The notes under the pieces: generated by a model
The model's input: only the letters and a program-made list of their open reading frames with translations
Databases searched by the model: none
Told to the model about the DNA's origin: nothing
Made by a program: the position numbers and the translations under genes
Shown: positions 10,041-18,437 of the stretch, in pieces
Layout: every line of letters begins with the position of its first letter
Numbering within the stretch: the first letter of the stretch is position 1
Origin: Endomicrobiales bacterium
Lineage (GTDB): Bacteria > Elusimicrobiota > Endomicrobiia > Endomicrobiales > CAWCFT01
Assembly: GCA_963794945.1 (NCBI GenBank)
Contig: CAWCFT010000001.1
Span: 320,001-384,000, forward strand
Direction of reading: 5' to 3'
Length of the DNA stretch: 64,000 nucleotides

Positions 10041-11345
10041 ATGGAACACAAAATCGACCTCTCTTCTTTGCCTGACGCGCCGGGCGTCTATATAATGCGG
10101 GATTCTGCCGCAAAGATCATATACATCGGCAAAGCCATATCCCTCAAAAAAAGGGTCTCTTCGTACTTCAACAAATCGCCGGACATGAAAACGGTGGGGA
10201 TATTATCGTCCCTGCGGCACATAGACTTCGTGCTTTGCGCTTCCGAGCGGGACGCCCTTGTGTTCGAGCGGCTCCTTATCAATCAGCACAAACCTTTCTT
10301 TAACGCGATGTGGAAAGACGACAAATCTTACCCATACCTCAAGCTCACCCTAAAAGAAGATTTTCCAAGGCTGATACTCACCAGAAAAAAGTTAAATGAC
10401 GGCGGCGAATATTTCGGCCCGTACCCGCACGTCATACAGATCAAGAAACTTCAATTGTGGCTGTCAAGGATATTCAAGCTCAGGCTGTGCAAGATAGATA
10501 TTTATAAAAACAGCCTGCCGAAAGCTTCCAAAGTAAAGTCGTGCCTTTACCTGCACACTGGAAGATGCTCCGGGCCCTGCGTTGGCAGGATAAACGCGGA
10601 AGAATACGGAAAACTTATCAAAGAAGTAAGGCTTTTTCTGAAAGCAAGATACGTGCAGTTAAAAGAAGTTTGGGAAAAAGAAATGAGCGAAGCAAGCAAG
10701 GCCCTGCAATACGAAAAGGCGGCCGACATCCGCGACAGGCTTGGGGCTCTGGGCCAGATGCAGGAAAAGATCATAGTAAGGGAGATGAAAAGCGAGGACC
10801 TTGAACTTTCGCTCCAAAGCACGGACGCTCTAAAGGAACTAAAAGATGTATTGAAGCTTAAGTCGTGGCCCATAGTCATAGAGGGGTTCGATATATCAAA
10901 CATTTCAGGCACCCTCGCGGTTGGTTCAATGGTCAGTTTCCGCAACGCCCAGCCGGATAAATCTTCGTACAGAAAATACAAGATAAGAACGGTTGAAGGC
11001 TCGGATGATTTCGCGATGATAAGTGAAGTTGTTTACCGCAGGTATAAGAGGCTTTCCACTGAGAAAGCCGCGCTGCCTGACCTTGTGCTTATAGATGGAG
11101 GCAAAGGGCAGCTGGCGGCCGCGATGGAGGCTATGAAAAAACTCGGATTAAATAAAGTTCCTCTGGCGTCGCTTGCAAAGAGAAACGAAGAGATATTCCT
11201 GCCGCTGAACCCCAACCCGGTATTGCTTCCAAAAGGCTCACCTGCGCTTCATGTCCTGCAGCGCGTCCGCGATGAGGCGCACCGTTTCGCGCTTGCTTAC
11301 CACCATAACCGCAGGAAAAGCTTATTACTTTCAAATAAGAGATAG
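10041..11345 (+). CDS. uvrC: Excinuclease ABC subunit C (short form, no C-terminal HhH2)
   Basis: GIY-YIG PGVYIM...IYIGKA, Cys-rich region, UVR domain, RNase H-like FDISN, LIDGGKGQL, RDEAHRFA. Confidence 0.93.
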   Translation: MEHKIDLSSLPDAPGVYIMRDSAAKIIYIGKAISLKKRVSSYFNKSPDMKTVGILSSLRHIDFVLCASERDALVFERLLINQHKPFFNAMWKDDKSYPYLKLTLKEDFPRLILTRKKLNDGGEYFGPYPHVIQIKKLQLWLSRIFKLRLCKIDIYKNSLPKASKVKSCLYLHTGRCSGPCVGRINAEEYGKLIKEVRLFLKARYVQLKEVWEKEMSEASKALQYEKAADIRDRLGALGQMQEKIIVREMKSEDLELSLQSTDALKELKDVLKLKSWPIVIEGFDISNISGTLAVGSMVSFRNAQPDKSSYRKYKIRTVEGSDDFAMISEVVYRRYKRLSTEKAALPDLVLIDGGKGQLAAAMEAMKKLGLNKVPLASLAKRNEEIFLPLNPNPVLLPKGSPALHVLQRVRDEAHRFALAYHHNRRKSLLLSNKR

Positions 11346-11366
11346 TTGAAAAAGCTATCAACTATC
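11341..11366. terminator. Hairpin at the uvrC stop (possible terminator)
   Basis: gatagttga-N8-tcaactatc, a 9-bp inverted repeat; weak U-tract. Confidence 0.4.
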
Positions 11367-11368
11367 TT

Positions 11369-11476
11369 GATTACGGTGATTATCCGCCAATGGCGGACTT
11401 CGATTACAGTGATTGGAATCTTGATATCACCGTAATCTTCCATTCTTGTCGCTGTAATCAGTCCCGCCTTGGCGGG
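11369..11476. repeat. Empty GATTAC-arm hairpin element with two CCGCC-N-GGCGG palindromes
   Basis: gattacggtgatt (11369) and gattacagtgatt (11402) are inverted to atcaccgtaatc (11426) and gtcgctgtaatc (11448). Palindromes at 11383-11397 and 11463-11476. Confidence 0.8.
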
Positions 11477-11519
11477 TTCGATAAGTAAAAATCCTTCATA
11501 AAACAGCGTTAATTACTGC

Positions 11520-11548
11520 TTGACATCAAAGTTCATCTGTGTTATAAT
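11520..11548 (+). promoter_or_regulatory. Consensus sigma70 promoter upstream of the KS cluster
   Basis: TTGACA-17 nt-TATAAT with extended -10 TG. Confidence 0.8.
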
Positions 11549-11757
11549 TAGGCTCAAATGAGGGGCGTTACCTTTACAACACCAATTCCAGAGTTTTTTC
11601 CAACCAGGCTACACAGTGAAAGGCCCTCAGCCTTTTTCCATAATTATTTCAATTTTACTAAAAATATTGTTCAGTATTCACTTGTTATTATTAATAAGAA
11701 GTCTTTTTTCATTTAAATAGATCTTCATACTTGGGGCCGTGGTTCAAAAAGGGGAAA

Positions 11758-12976
11758 ATGCAAAAAAATCATATGTTGATCACCGGGATCGGTGTAGTAT
11801 CGCCCTGCGGCGCTAGGCAAAGATATTTTTTTTAACTGCCTTGAGTCCTCTAAAAACTTACTGGCAAAGCCCAAGAATATTTCGTATTCAGGAGCTGCAG
11901 GCGAAGTCAATGATAAAGCGGTTCTAAAGTATCTCGGCGAAAAAGGCGTGCGTAACCTTGACAGAAGCGCGCTGGTACTGCTGGCTGCTGTCGGTATGGC
12001 TATCAAAGAAGCAAAACTTGTGATAGACGCCTCGAATACCGACAGGATCGGTATAGCCACCGGTACAACGTTCTCTCACCTTCAGCCTATAGTAGATTTT
12101 GATAGAGAAGTATTCAAAGAAAGCATCAACTTCGCAAGCCCGGTATTGTTCCCTTCTACCGTTCTTAATGCCGCTTCCTCCCAGGCTTCCATCAGATACA
12201 ACATACAGGGTTTCAACACTACTATCAGCACGGGATTTACATCCAGCCTTGAAGCCGTAAAATACGCTATCAACAGCCTTGAAAACGGCCACGCGGACAT
12301 CGTATTTTCAGCGGGCCTTGAACCGCTTTCGCGGTCGTTATTGTTCGGCCTAAAGAAACTGAGATACATCGCGGGCATCAGCGGGCCGGATATTTCATGC
12401 CCGTTCGACGCGAGAAGGAACGGCCCTGTCCCGGCGGAGGGCGCTGGCGTGCTGTGTTTGGAAACTGAGAGCTCAGCCAAAAAAAGAAAGGTGAAACCTT
12501 ACGCGAAAATATTAAGCGTAGAGAGCTGTTTTGACCCGAGAGGAACAGCCAAGGTTTATCCTACAGGAGAAAGCATCGCCCAGGCCGTCATTAGCGCCAT
12601 AGGTGAAGCCGGGGTCAAGCCTGGAGACATTGATTACATCTCTTCCTGCGCGAATTCGACCCGGGACCTTGACCGCATAGAAGTTAAGGCCCTGAAAAAA
12701 GTGTTCGGCGCAAATGTAGGCAAAATACCCGTAAGCTCAATTAAATCCATGATAGGCGAGACCTTTTCCGCTTCCGGCGCCATGCAGATGATATCCTGCG
12801 TGGGCGCGATGGAACACGGCATCATCCCTCCCACGATCAATTACAAATTAAGCGATCCTCAATGCGATATAAACTGCGTACCAAACAAGCCCATTAAAAA
12901 GAAAGTGAACCTGGCGCTGGTAGTCTCTTCCGGGCCCGGCGGCTATAACAGCGCCTGCGTTATTGAAAAAGCATGA
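11758..12976 (+). CDS. Non-catalytic ketosynthase (chain-length-factor-like KS-beta); frameshift near 11805
   Basis: N-terminus MQKNHMLITGIGVVSP joins LGKDIFF...GVRNLDR after one indel. KS fold, but the catalytic positions read STGFTSS (Cys absent), SSCANST (His absent) and KSMIGET (His absent). Confidence 0.85.
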
Positions 12977-12980
12977 AAGC

Positions 12981-13067
12981 AATTGAAAATTGAAAAATTT
13001 AAGATTTAAAATTAGCGTCGTAAATATTTAATCTTAAATCTTTAATTTTAAATTCTCAATATTAAAT
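12981..13067. repeat. Intergenic heptamer hairpin, family B
   Basis: ttgaaaa-ttgaaaaa-tttaaga-tttaaaa ... atcttaa-atcttta-attttaa-attctca. Confidence 0.8.
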
Positions 13068-13081
13068 CAAAGGGTAATATC

Positions 13082-13816
13082 ATGAAAGAATTTAGAGGCA
13101 AAACGGTAATAATAACAGGCGGGTCGCGAGGCATTGGTAACGCGTGCGTTAAGGCGTTCTTCTCCGCGGGCGCGAACGTTGTTTTTACTTACAACAATAG
13201 CAAGGAAGAAGCCGGCAAACTTAAAAAACTAGGCAAAAGCGTTATAGCGGTAAAAGCTGATATCAAAGATTACGAACAATGCCGGTCAGTCGTGGGGGCT
13301 GCGCTGAAACATTTCAAGAAAGTAGACATTGTTATAAATAACGCAGGCAAAACTAACGACAAGGCTCTTGTTATGATGAAGAACGATGACTGGAAAGATG
13401 TCATAGACACAAACCTCGGCGGCACGTACAATATGACCAGGGCTATTATCACTACTTTCATGAAACAAAAAAGCGGCTGTATTATCAATATGAGTTCAGT
13501 AAGCGGTATAGTCGGGCTGCCGCGGCAGACCAATTACAGCGCATCTAAGGCCGGAATAATAGGTTTTACCAAAGCTTTGGCAAAGGAAGTCACCGCTTAC
13601 GGTATAAGGGTCAACGCGGTGTGCCCGGGCTATATAAGCACGGACATGATAAGCACGCTTAACGCCGAAATGATGAAGAACATAATAAATACCATACCGG
13701 TAAGGCGAATTGGCGAGCCGGAAGAGGTTGCTGAACTTTGCGTATATCTGGCATCGGATAAAGCAAAATATATAACCGGGGAATCGATAAAGATAGACGG
13801 CGGATTGGCTATATAG
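13082..13816 (+). CDS. fabG: 3-oxoacyl-ACP reductase (ketoreductase)
   Basis: TGGSRGIG, NNAG, YSASKAG (YxxxK), CPGYIST, IDGGL. Confidence 0.92.
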   Translation: MKEFRGKTVIITGGSRGIGNACVKAFFSAGANVVFTYNNSKEEAGKLKKLGKSVIAVKADIKDYEQCRSVVGAALKHFKKVDIVINNAGKTNDKALVMMKNDDWKDVIDTNLGGTYNMTRAIITTFMKQKSGCIINMSSVSGIVGLPRQTNYSASKAGIIGFTKALAKEVTAYGIRVNAVCPGYISTDMISTLNAEMMKNIINTIPVRRIGEPEEVAELCVYLASDKAKYITGESIKIDGGLAI

Positions 13817-13817
13817 T

Positions 13818-13936
13818 AAACCCCGTTAGAGACAACGGGCATTTCGCGAATATAAAGATGGCAGCATTTCACCGCCATCTAACAGCATGGATTTAAACTG
13901 CCAGCGGGAGTCGGCGGCAGTTTCAAACTGGGTAAA
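13818..13936. repeat. Multi-hairpin intergenic element
   Basis: Stems cccgtt/aacggg, agatggc/gccatct and aaactgcc/ggcagttt; imperfect termini accccgttaga / tcaaactgggt. Confidence 0.55.
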
Positions 13937-13996
13937 ATAATATAATATTAACACTGGCTTAACAAGCAACTGATAAAATAGTTTACCGGAGGAAGT

Positions 13997-15325
13997 ATGG
14001 CATGCTTGGCCGTTATCTGTTTTTCATTGATGTTGATGTTATCATCAGTTGTCTCCTGCTGGTCAAAAGGTATTTTTATCCAGCCGGGCGCGAGGGATGG
14101 CGCGATGGGCTCCGCGATGACGGCGGTAGCTGATGAAGCCACCGCGGTATATTATAACCCGGCAGGCCTTGCCCAGCAAACAGGTTCAGAGGTTGAAGCG
14201 TCGTTATTCAGCCTGTCGGCCAACGCGACGAGCAACAAGTCCCTGGCCAACGCAGCCGCTCCAAATGTTATTAACGGAGACTTCCCGCTGCCGAACCTAT
14301 CTGCCATCCCAGGCGCTCTTCCGCCGATGCTTGCTAACTCAGAACCTACGGAATATCAAAGCAAACAATTCTCAACAAACGCAGAGATTCCGTTCATAGG
14401 GGCATACAAGAACGTTAACGGTGTAACTTACGCGTTGAGCGTTTATGGAATAGGCGGTGGAGGAGGAACATGGAGTGATTCAGTGCCGGCTTTAGGCGGC
14501 GCTGCCAAAATAACCGCCAGCCTTGCCGGTACTTATGCTTTCATGGTATACAATATTTCAGCCGCAACAAAATTAACTTCAAAGCTGATGCTGGGGCTAG
14601 GCATAGATATTGTCAATATGATCAACGAAACAAACGCTCAAAAATACTTTGATACCGCCGCGGGAAATTCCATTTACGGCATGGCTGTAAACCAGAGCGC
14701 GACAGGCTACGGAGTTCAGGTAAACGGCGGTTTGCTTTATAAATTCAACGAACAATGGAAAGCCGGGCTTGTTCTGCGCAGCGGCACGGACATTAAATTA
14801 AACGGGCAGGCGAACGGCTACGACAGCGTCAGCGGCCAGACTGATTATACTGATGACTACACATACCCTTTAACCGGGTCTGTTGGCGTGTCCTATGAGC
14901 CTAAAAATAATTTAACTTTAGCTTTGTCGGTTGACCAAACCCAGTATTCAGAGATGCATGAAACGATCAATTATAACAAGCAAATGCCTGGTGTGTTTGA
15001 CAATAGCGCCGGGCCGCTTGAAGGCAGGGATTGGAAAGATTCCACACAGTTTCATGTTGGCGCGGAATACCGCTGTGCCGATAAACTGGCTTTGAGGGCA
15101 GGTATTGAGAACGACCCCGCTCCGTTCTCTACTGATCAGTTAACGCTTACTGAGATAAACCAATATAATTTCATTTACTATTCGATAGGCGCCGGATACA
15201 AGATCGGGCAAGTGAACGTTGATCTATGTTACGCGTATTGCCCTTCGGATTCGCCTTCTATTGGCGACAGAAGTTATCAGTATAATTTGAACGTATTCAG
15301 GCTTGGGGCGAGCTACAGGTTCTAA
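13997..15325 (+). CDS. FadL/OmpP1/TodX-family outer-membrane hydrophobic-compound channel
   Basis: Signal peptide, GARDGAMG...ADEATAVYYNPAGL hatch motif, alternating beta-strands, C-terminal YRF. Confidence 0.85.
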   Translation: MACLAVICFSLMLMLSSVVSCWSKGIFIQPGARDGAMGSAMTAVADEATAVYYNPAGLAQQTGSEVEASLFSLSANATSNKSLANAAAPNVINGDFPLPNLSAIPGALPPMLANSEPTEYQSKQFSTNAEIPFIGAYKNVNGVTYALSVYGIGGGGGTWSDSVPALGGAAKITASLAGTYAFMVYNISAATKLTSKLMLGLGIDIVNMINETNAQKYFDTAAGNSIYGMAVNQSATGYGVQVNGGLLYKFNEQWKAGLVLRSGTDIKLNGQANGYDSVSGQTDYTDDYTYPLTGSVGVSYEPKNNLTLALSVDQTQYSEMHETINYNKQMPGVFDNSAGPLEGRDWKDSTQFHVGAEYRCADKLALRAGIENDPAPFSTDQLTLTEINQYNFIYYSIGAGYKIGQVNVDLCYAYCPSDSPSIGDRSYQYNLNVFRLGASYRF

Positions 15326-15387
15326 AATCTGAATAGTTCATCTCATTTAGGCGGAATTTGCACGTTAATTAACAAAGGGGGTAAATC

Positions 15388-15645
15388 GTGGCGAAGAAGT
15401 TAGACGCGGCAAGTATGATCAAGGAAGCGAAAAAACTGATATCTGAGATATCGGAGATACCAGCGGCTGACCTCAAAGACGGAGCAAAATTCACGGAAGA
15501 TCTCGGTGTGGACAGTATGAAAGCACTGGAAATTGTGGCTGCCATAGAAAAGAAATTCAAGGTTACTATACCTGAGGAGAAGATACCTACTATACGCTCT
15601 CCAAAGGATGTTTATGACCTTGTACAAAAACTCTTGAAATTATAA
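15388..15645 (+). CDS. Acyl carrier protein
   Basis: EDLGVDSMKALE with the phosphopantetheine Ser; 85 aa; AAAGGGG RBS. Confidence 0.92.
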   Translation: MAKKLDAASMIKEAKKLISEISEIPAADLKDGAKFTEDLGVDSMKALEIVAAIEKKFKVTIPEEKIPTIRSPKDVYDLVQKLLKL

Positions 15646-15712
15646 CGTTATTCGATTAAAATATTCCTACGTTCAGCTTTATCCGGGTGGCTGTGGCAAA
15701 GAGGATAGTTTA

Positions 15713-16204
15713 ATGTCGGAAAACTGTGATAATATGGGCAGTGCCAATAAAGACGGCAATCAGGCTATTACGGGCCCGGTGTTTGACGTGCGGAAGATAC
15801 TGCCTCAGAAATACCCTTTCCTTTTCATAGATAAAGTTGTTCACGCCGATAAAGTAAAACAGCAGATCACCTGCCTTAAAAATATTTCAGGGAATGAAGG
15901 CTTTTTTCAGGGCCATTTCGCGGGAAACCCTATACTGCCCGGCGTAATAATAATAGAAGCTATGGCGCAGGCGAGCATACTTCTCTACGCGTGCGTAAAG
16001 CCCGCCAGCCTTGAGCGAAAGCCCGTATTTTTCCTTGGCAAAGTAGATGCCAGTTTCAAAAAACCCGTAATTCCCGGAGACATACTAATACTTCAGGCTA
16101 ACGCGGAAAAGATCATCGATACGGGCGGGATAGTGAAAGTAACCGCAAAAGTTGGTGAAAACACCGTAGCCGAAGCCACTTTACATTTTGGAGTAAAATT
16201 TTAA
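15713..16204 (+). CDS. 3-hydroxyacyl-ACP dehydratase (FabZ-like)
   Basis: PQKYPFLFIDKV, FFQGHFAGNPILPGVIIIEAMAQ, FKKPVIPGD. Confidence 0.9.
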   Translation: MSENCDNMGSANKDGNQAITGPVFDVRKILPQKYPFLFIDKVVHADKVKQQITCLKNISGNEGFFQGHFAGNPILPGVIIIEAMAQASILLYACVKPASLERKPVFFLGKVDASFKKPVIPGDILILQANAEKIIDTGGIVKVTAKVGENTVAEATLHFGVKF

Positions 16205-16208
16205 TATC

Positions 16209-17423
16209 ATGAAAAATACAAGGGTAGTGGTCACAGGGCTTGGGCTGGTAACATCGATAGGGATCGGCAAAGATGAATTCTGGAAGAATCTTACCGCGGG
16301 CATGTCTGGCATAAGTGAAGTCAAACAGTTCGATACCAAAAGGTTTAAACGCCATTTTGGCGGGGAGATACAACATTTTAACCCTGCCGAATACCTGCAT
16401 AGGAAGTCCGCAAACTACATAGGCAGGGCGTCACAGCTTGGGCTTACCGCGGCAAAACTGGCGTTAAAAGACGCCTCAATATCAGATAAAGCTATAAAGA
16501 ACCAGAAAACCGCGGTTATCGTAGGCGTTACTATACCTGAAAGCGGTTTGATCGACCAGTTTTCGGAGGAGATGTATTTTAAGAGGACAAAGAATATACA
16601 TAAAAGGTCCATACTGAATATCAACGCGCCTTCAATATCGAGGGATATCGGCCATTTCCTTGGCGCTAAACCGGTTAACATGCTTATCCCAAACGCCTGC
16701 GGAGCGGGTAATTTCTCCATAGCCTACGGTTACGACCTCATTAAGCAGGGCAAAGTGCAAACCGCCCTGGTTGGCGGGGCGGAGGCTTTTTCACGCGTGG
16801 CGTTCCAGGGGTTCCAAACCTTACGCGCGATGGCCGAGAATAAATGCTCTCCCTTTGACAAGAACAGGCAGGGAATGTTGTTGGGTGAAGGGGCAAGTAT
16901 ACTGATCCTGGAAGATTATGAATCTGCCATAGCCAGGAAAGCCCGTATTTATTGCGAGGTGCTTGGTTATGGTTACTCCTGCGACGCTCACAGCATGACT
17001 ATCCCTAAGAAGGAAGGCGTATTTAAGGCCATGAAAAAGGCCTTGGATAATTCCGGAATAAAGGCAGATGAGATCGATTATATAAGCGCTCATGGGACCG
17101 GCACCATCGCTAACGATAAAAATGAAACCGCCGCTATCAAGGATCTGTTCGGTGAAAGGTTCAGCAGAATGCCCATAAGTTCTATGAAATCGATGCTCGG
17201 CCACTCTATGGGCGCCGCTTCAGCCATAGAGGCAGCGTCATGCTGCCTGTCAATCGAAAAAAATGTTGCGCCTGCCACCATGAATTACACCACGCCTGAC
17301 CCGGATTGCGATATTGACTGCGTGCCTAATTTCGCCAGAAAAACAAAAGTTGATGCCGCCTTGAACAACGGTTTTGCCTTTGGCGGAAACAATTGCTGCG
17401 TGGTGTTCAAAAGGTGCGCTTAG
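16209..17423 (+). CDS. Active beta-ketoacyl-ACP synthase (FabF-like/KS-alpha)
   Basis: Cys-His-His triad intact: PNACGAG, SAHGTGT, KSMLGHSMGA; also NNGFAFGGNN. Confidence 0.92.
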   Translation: MKNTRVVVTGLGLVTSIGIGKDEFWKNLTAGMSGISEVKQFDTKRFKRHFGGEIQHFNPAEYLHRKSANYIGRASQLGLTAAKLALKDASISDKAIKNQKTAVIVGVTIPESGLIDQFSEEMYFKRTKNIHKRSILNINAPSISRDIGHFLGAKPVNMLIPNACGAGNFSIAYGYDLIKQGKVQTALVGGAEAFSRVAFQGFQTLRAMAENKCSPFDKNRQGMLLGEGASILILEDYESAIARKARIYCEVLGYGYSCDAHSMTIPKKEGVFKAMKKALDNSGIKADEIDYISAHGTGTIANDKNETAAIKDLFGERFSRMPISSMKSMLGHSMGAASAIEAASCCLSIEKNVAPATMNYTTPDPDCDIDCVPNFARKTKVDAALNNGFAFGGNNCCVVFKRCA

Positions 17424-17454
17424 TGGAAATGCCTGTAATTTAACACTTGATCAG

Positions 17455-17477
17455 AACCGCACACCGTGCGGTTTTTT
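17455..17477 (+). terminator. Rho-independent terminator after the KS operon
   Basis: AACCGCAC-acc-GTGCGGTT followed by a T-run. Confidence 0.75.
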
Positions 17478-17512
17478 GCTAAAATATTTGAAAATAGTGC
17501 TGAAACTCGATA

Positions 17513-17541
17513 TTGCCACGTTAACATATTGAATTTACAAT
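17513..17541 (+). promoter_or_regulatory. sigma70-type promoter for the ParB-like/oxidoreductase/kinase unit
   Basis: TTGCCA-17 nt-TACAAT. Confidence 0.6.
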
Positions 17542-17639
17542 ATAAACAGCGCGCATGGTGCCAGGTGCGGGGTGGTTGGTAAATGCCTTGAACCCGGCAC
17601 AAAGAACCTTGCACCAAGCAGGGCCATTGAGGAGGGACA

Positions 17640-18392
17640 ATGTTCAACTTGGAGAAGTATCCTGAGCAGTGGGTGGAGTTAAGCAGGATCGAAATTGAAG
17701 GCACGCAGTTCCAGTCAAGAGCAGCAAAGGACCAAAAAAAGATAAAGGCCCTGGCTGAGCAGATCAAGAAAGACAGCCTGCTGGAAGCTGCTATCCTTTA
17801 CGAATTCAACGACCGGTCAAGGCTAATGGCTATAATCAGCGGGCACAACAGGCTGCCGGCGCTGCAATTGCTCGGCTGGGACAAGGTGCGCTGCCGTGTG
17901 ATACCTGAATCGGAAATGGACCAGAAAACAGCGTTCCGGTTAAGCATAAAGGAAAACCTCAGCAACGATTCGCTTAAGAACAAAGACATAATATTTTCAG
18001 CAAAGAGAATGCGAGATGACGGAGCAACACAGGCGGAGATAGCGGAGTGTCTAGGCATAGCTGAGTCAACAGTAAGGAAATACCTTGCCGCGGCTGATTC
18101 GCCTAATGCCAAACAGGTAGCCGCAGGCGAGGAGTCAATAAATCACGCGCTTGACAATAAAAAAATGTATTTCAGGCCTCTCGGCGGCAAGGGTTTTAAC
18201 TACGCCATCAAGTTCAAGTCAAAAAGCGATGACCCGCAGGAACTGAAACATTTTCTTGATAAGACGGTTCCGGAACTTTATAAAATTGCAGGGGCCCTGC
18301 TTGACGCAAGAACGGTGCCTGCCTCTGTGCCTTCGACAGGCAAGCCCGACTCAGATAGAGGGGCGGAAAACGCCCCGGCGCCTGAACAATAA
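17640..18392 (+). CDS. Orphan ParB/Srx-domain protein with HTH
   Basis: FQSR, IKALAEQIKKDSLL, IISGHNRL (GxxR), SIKENL; HTH GATQAEIAECLGIAESTVRKYL; GAGGAGG RBS. Confidence 0.8.
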   Translation: MFNLEKYPEQWVELSRIEIEGTQFQSRAAKDQKKIKALAEQIKKDSLLEAAILYEFNDRSRLMAIISGHNRLPALQLLGWDKVRCRVIPESEMDQKTAFRLSIKENLSNDSLKNKDIIFSAKRMRDDGATQAEIAECLGIAESTVRKYLAAADSPNAKQVAAGEESINHALDNKKMYFRPLGGKGFNYAIKFKSKSDDPQELKHFLDKTVPELYKIAGALLDARTVPASVPSTGKPDSDRGAENAPAPEQ

Positions 18393-18437
18393 TGAACTCA
18401 ATTGCGTTTCAAGGTTCTTATATAGAGGTTTTCTAAT

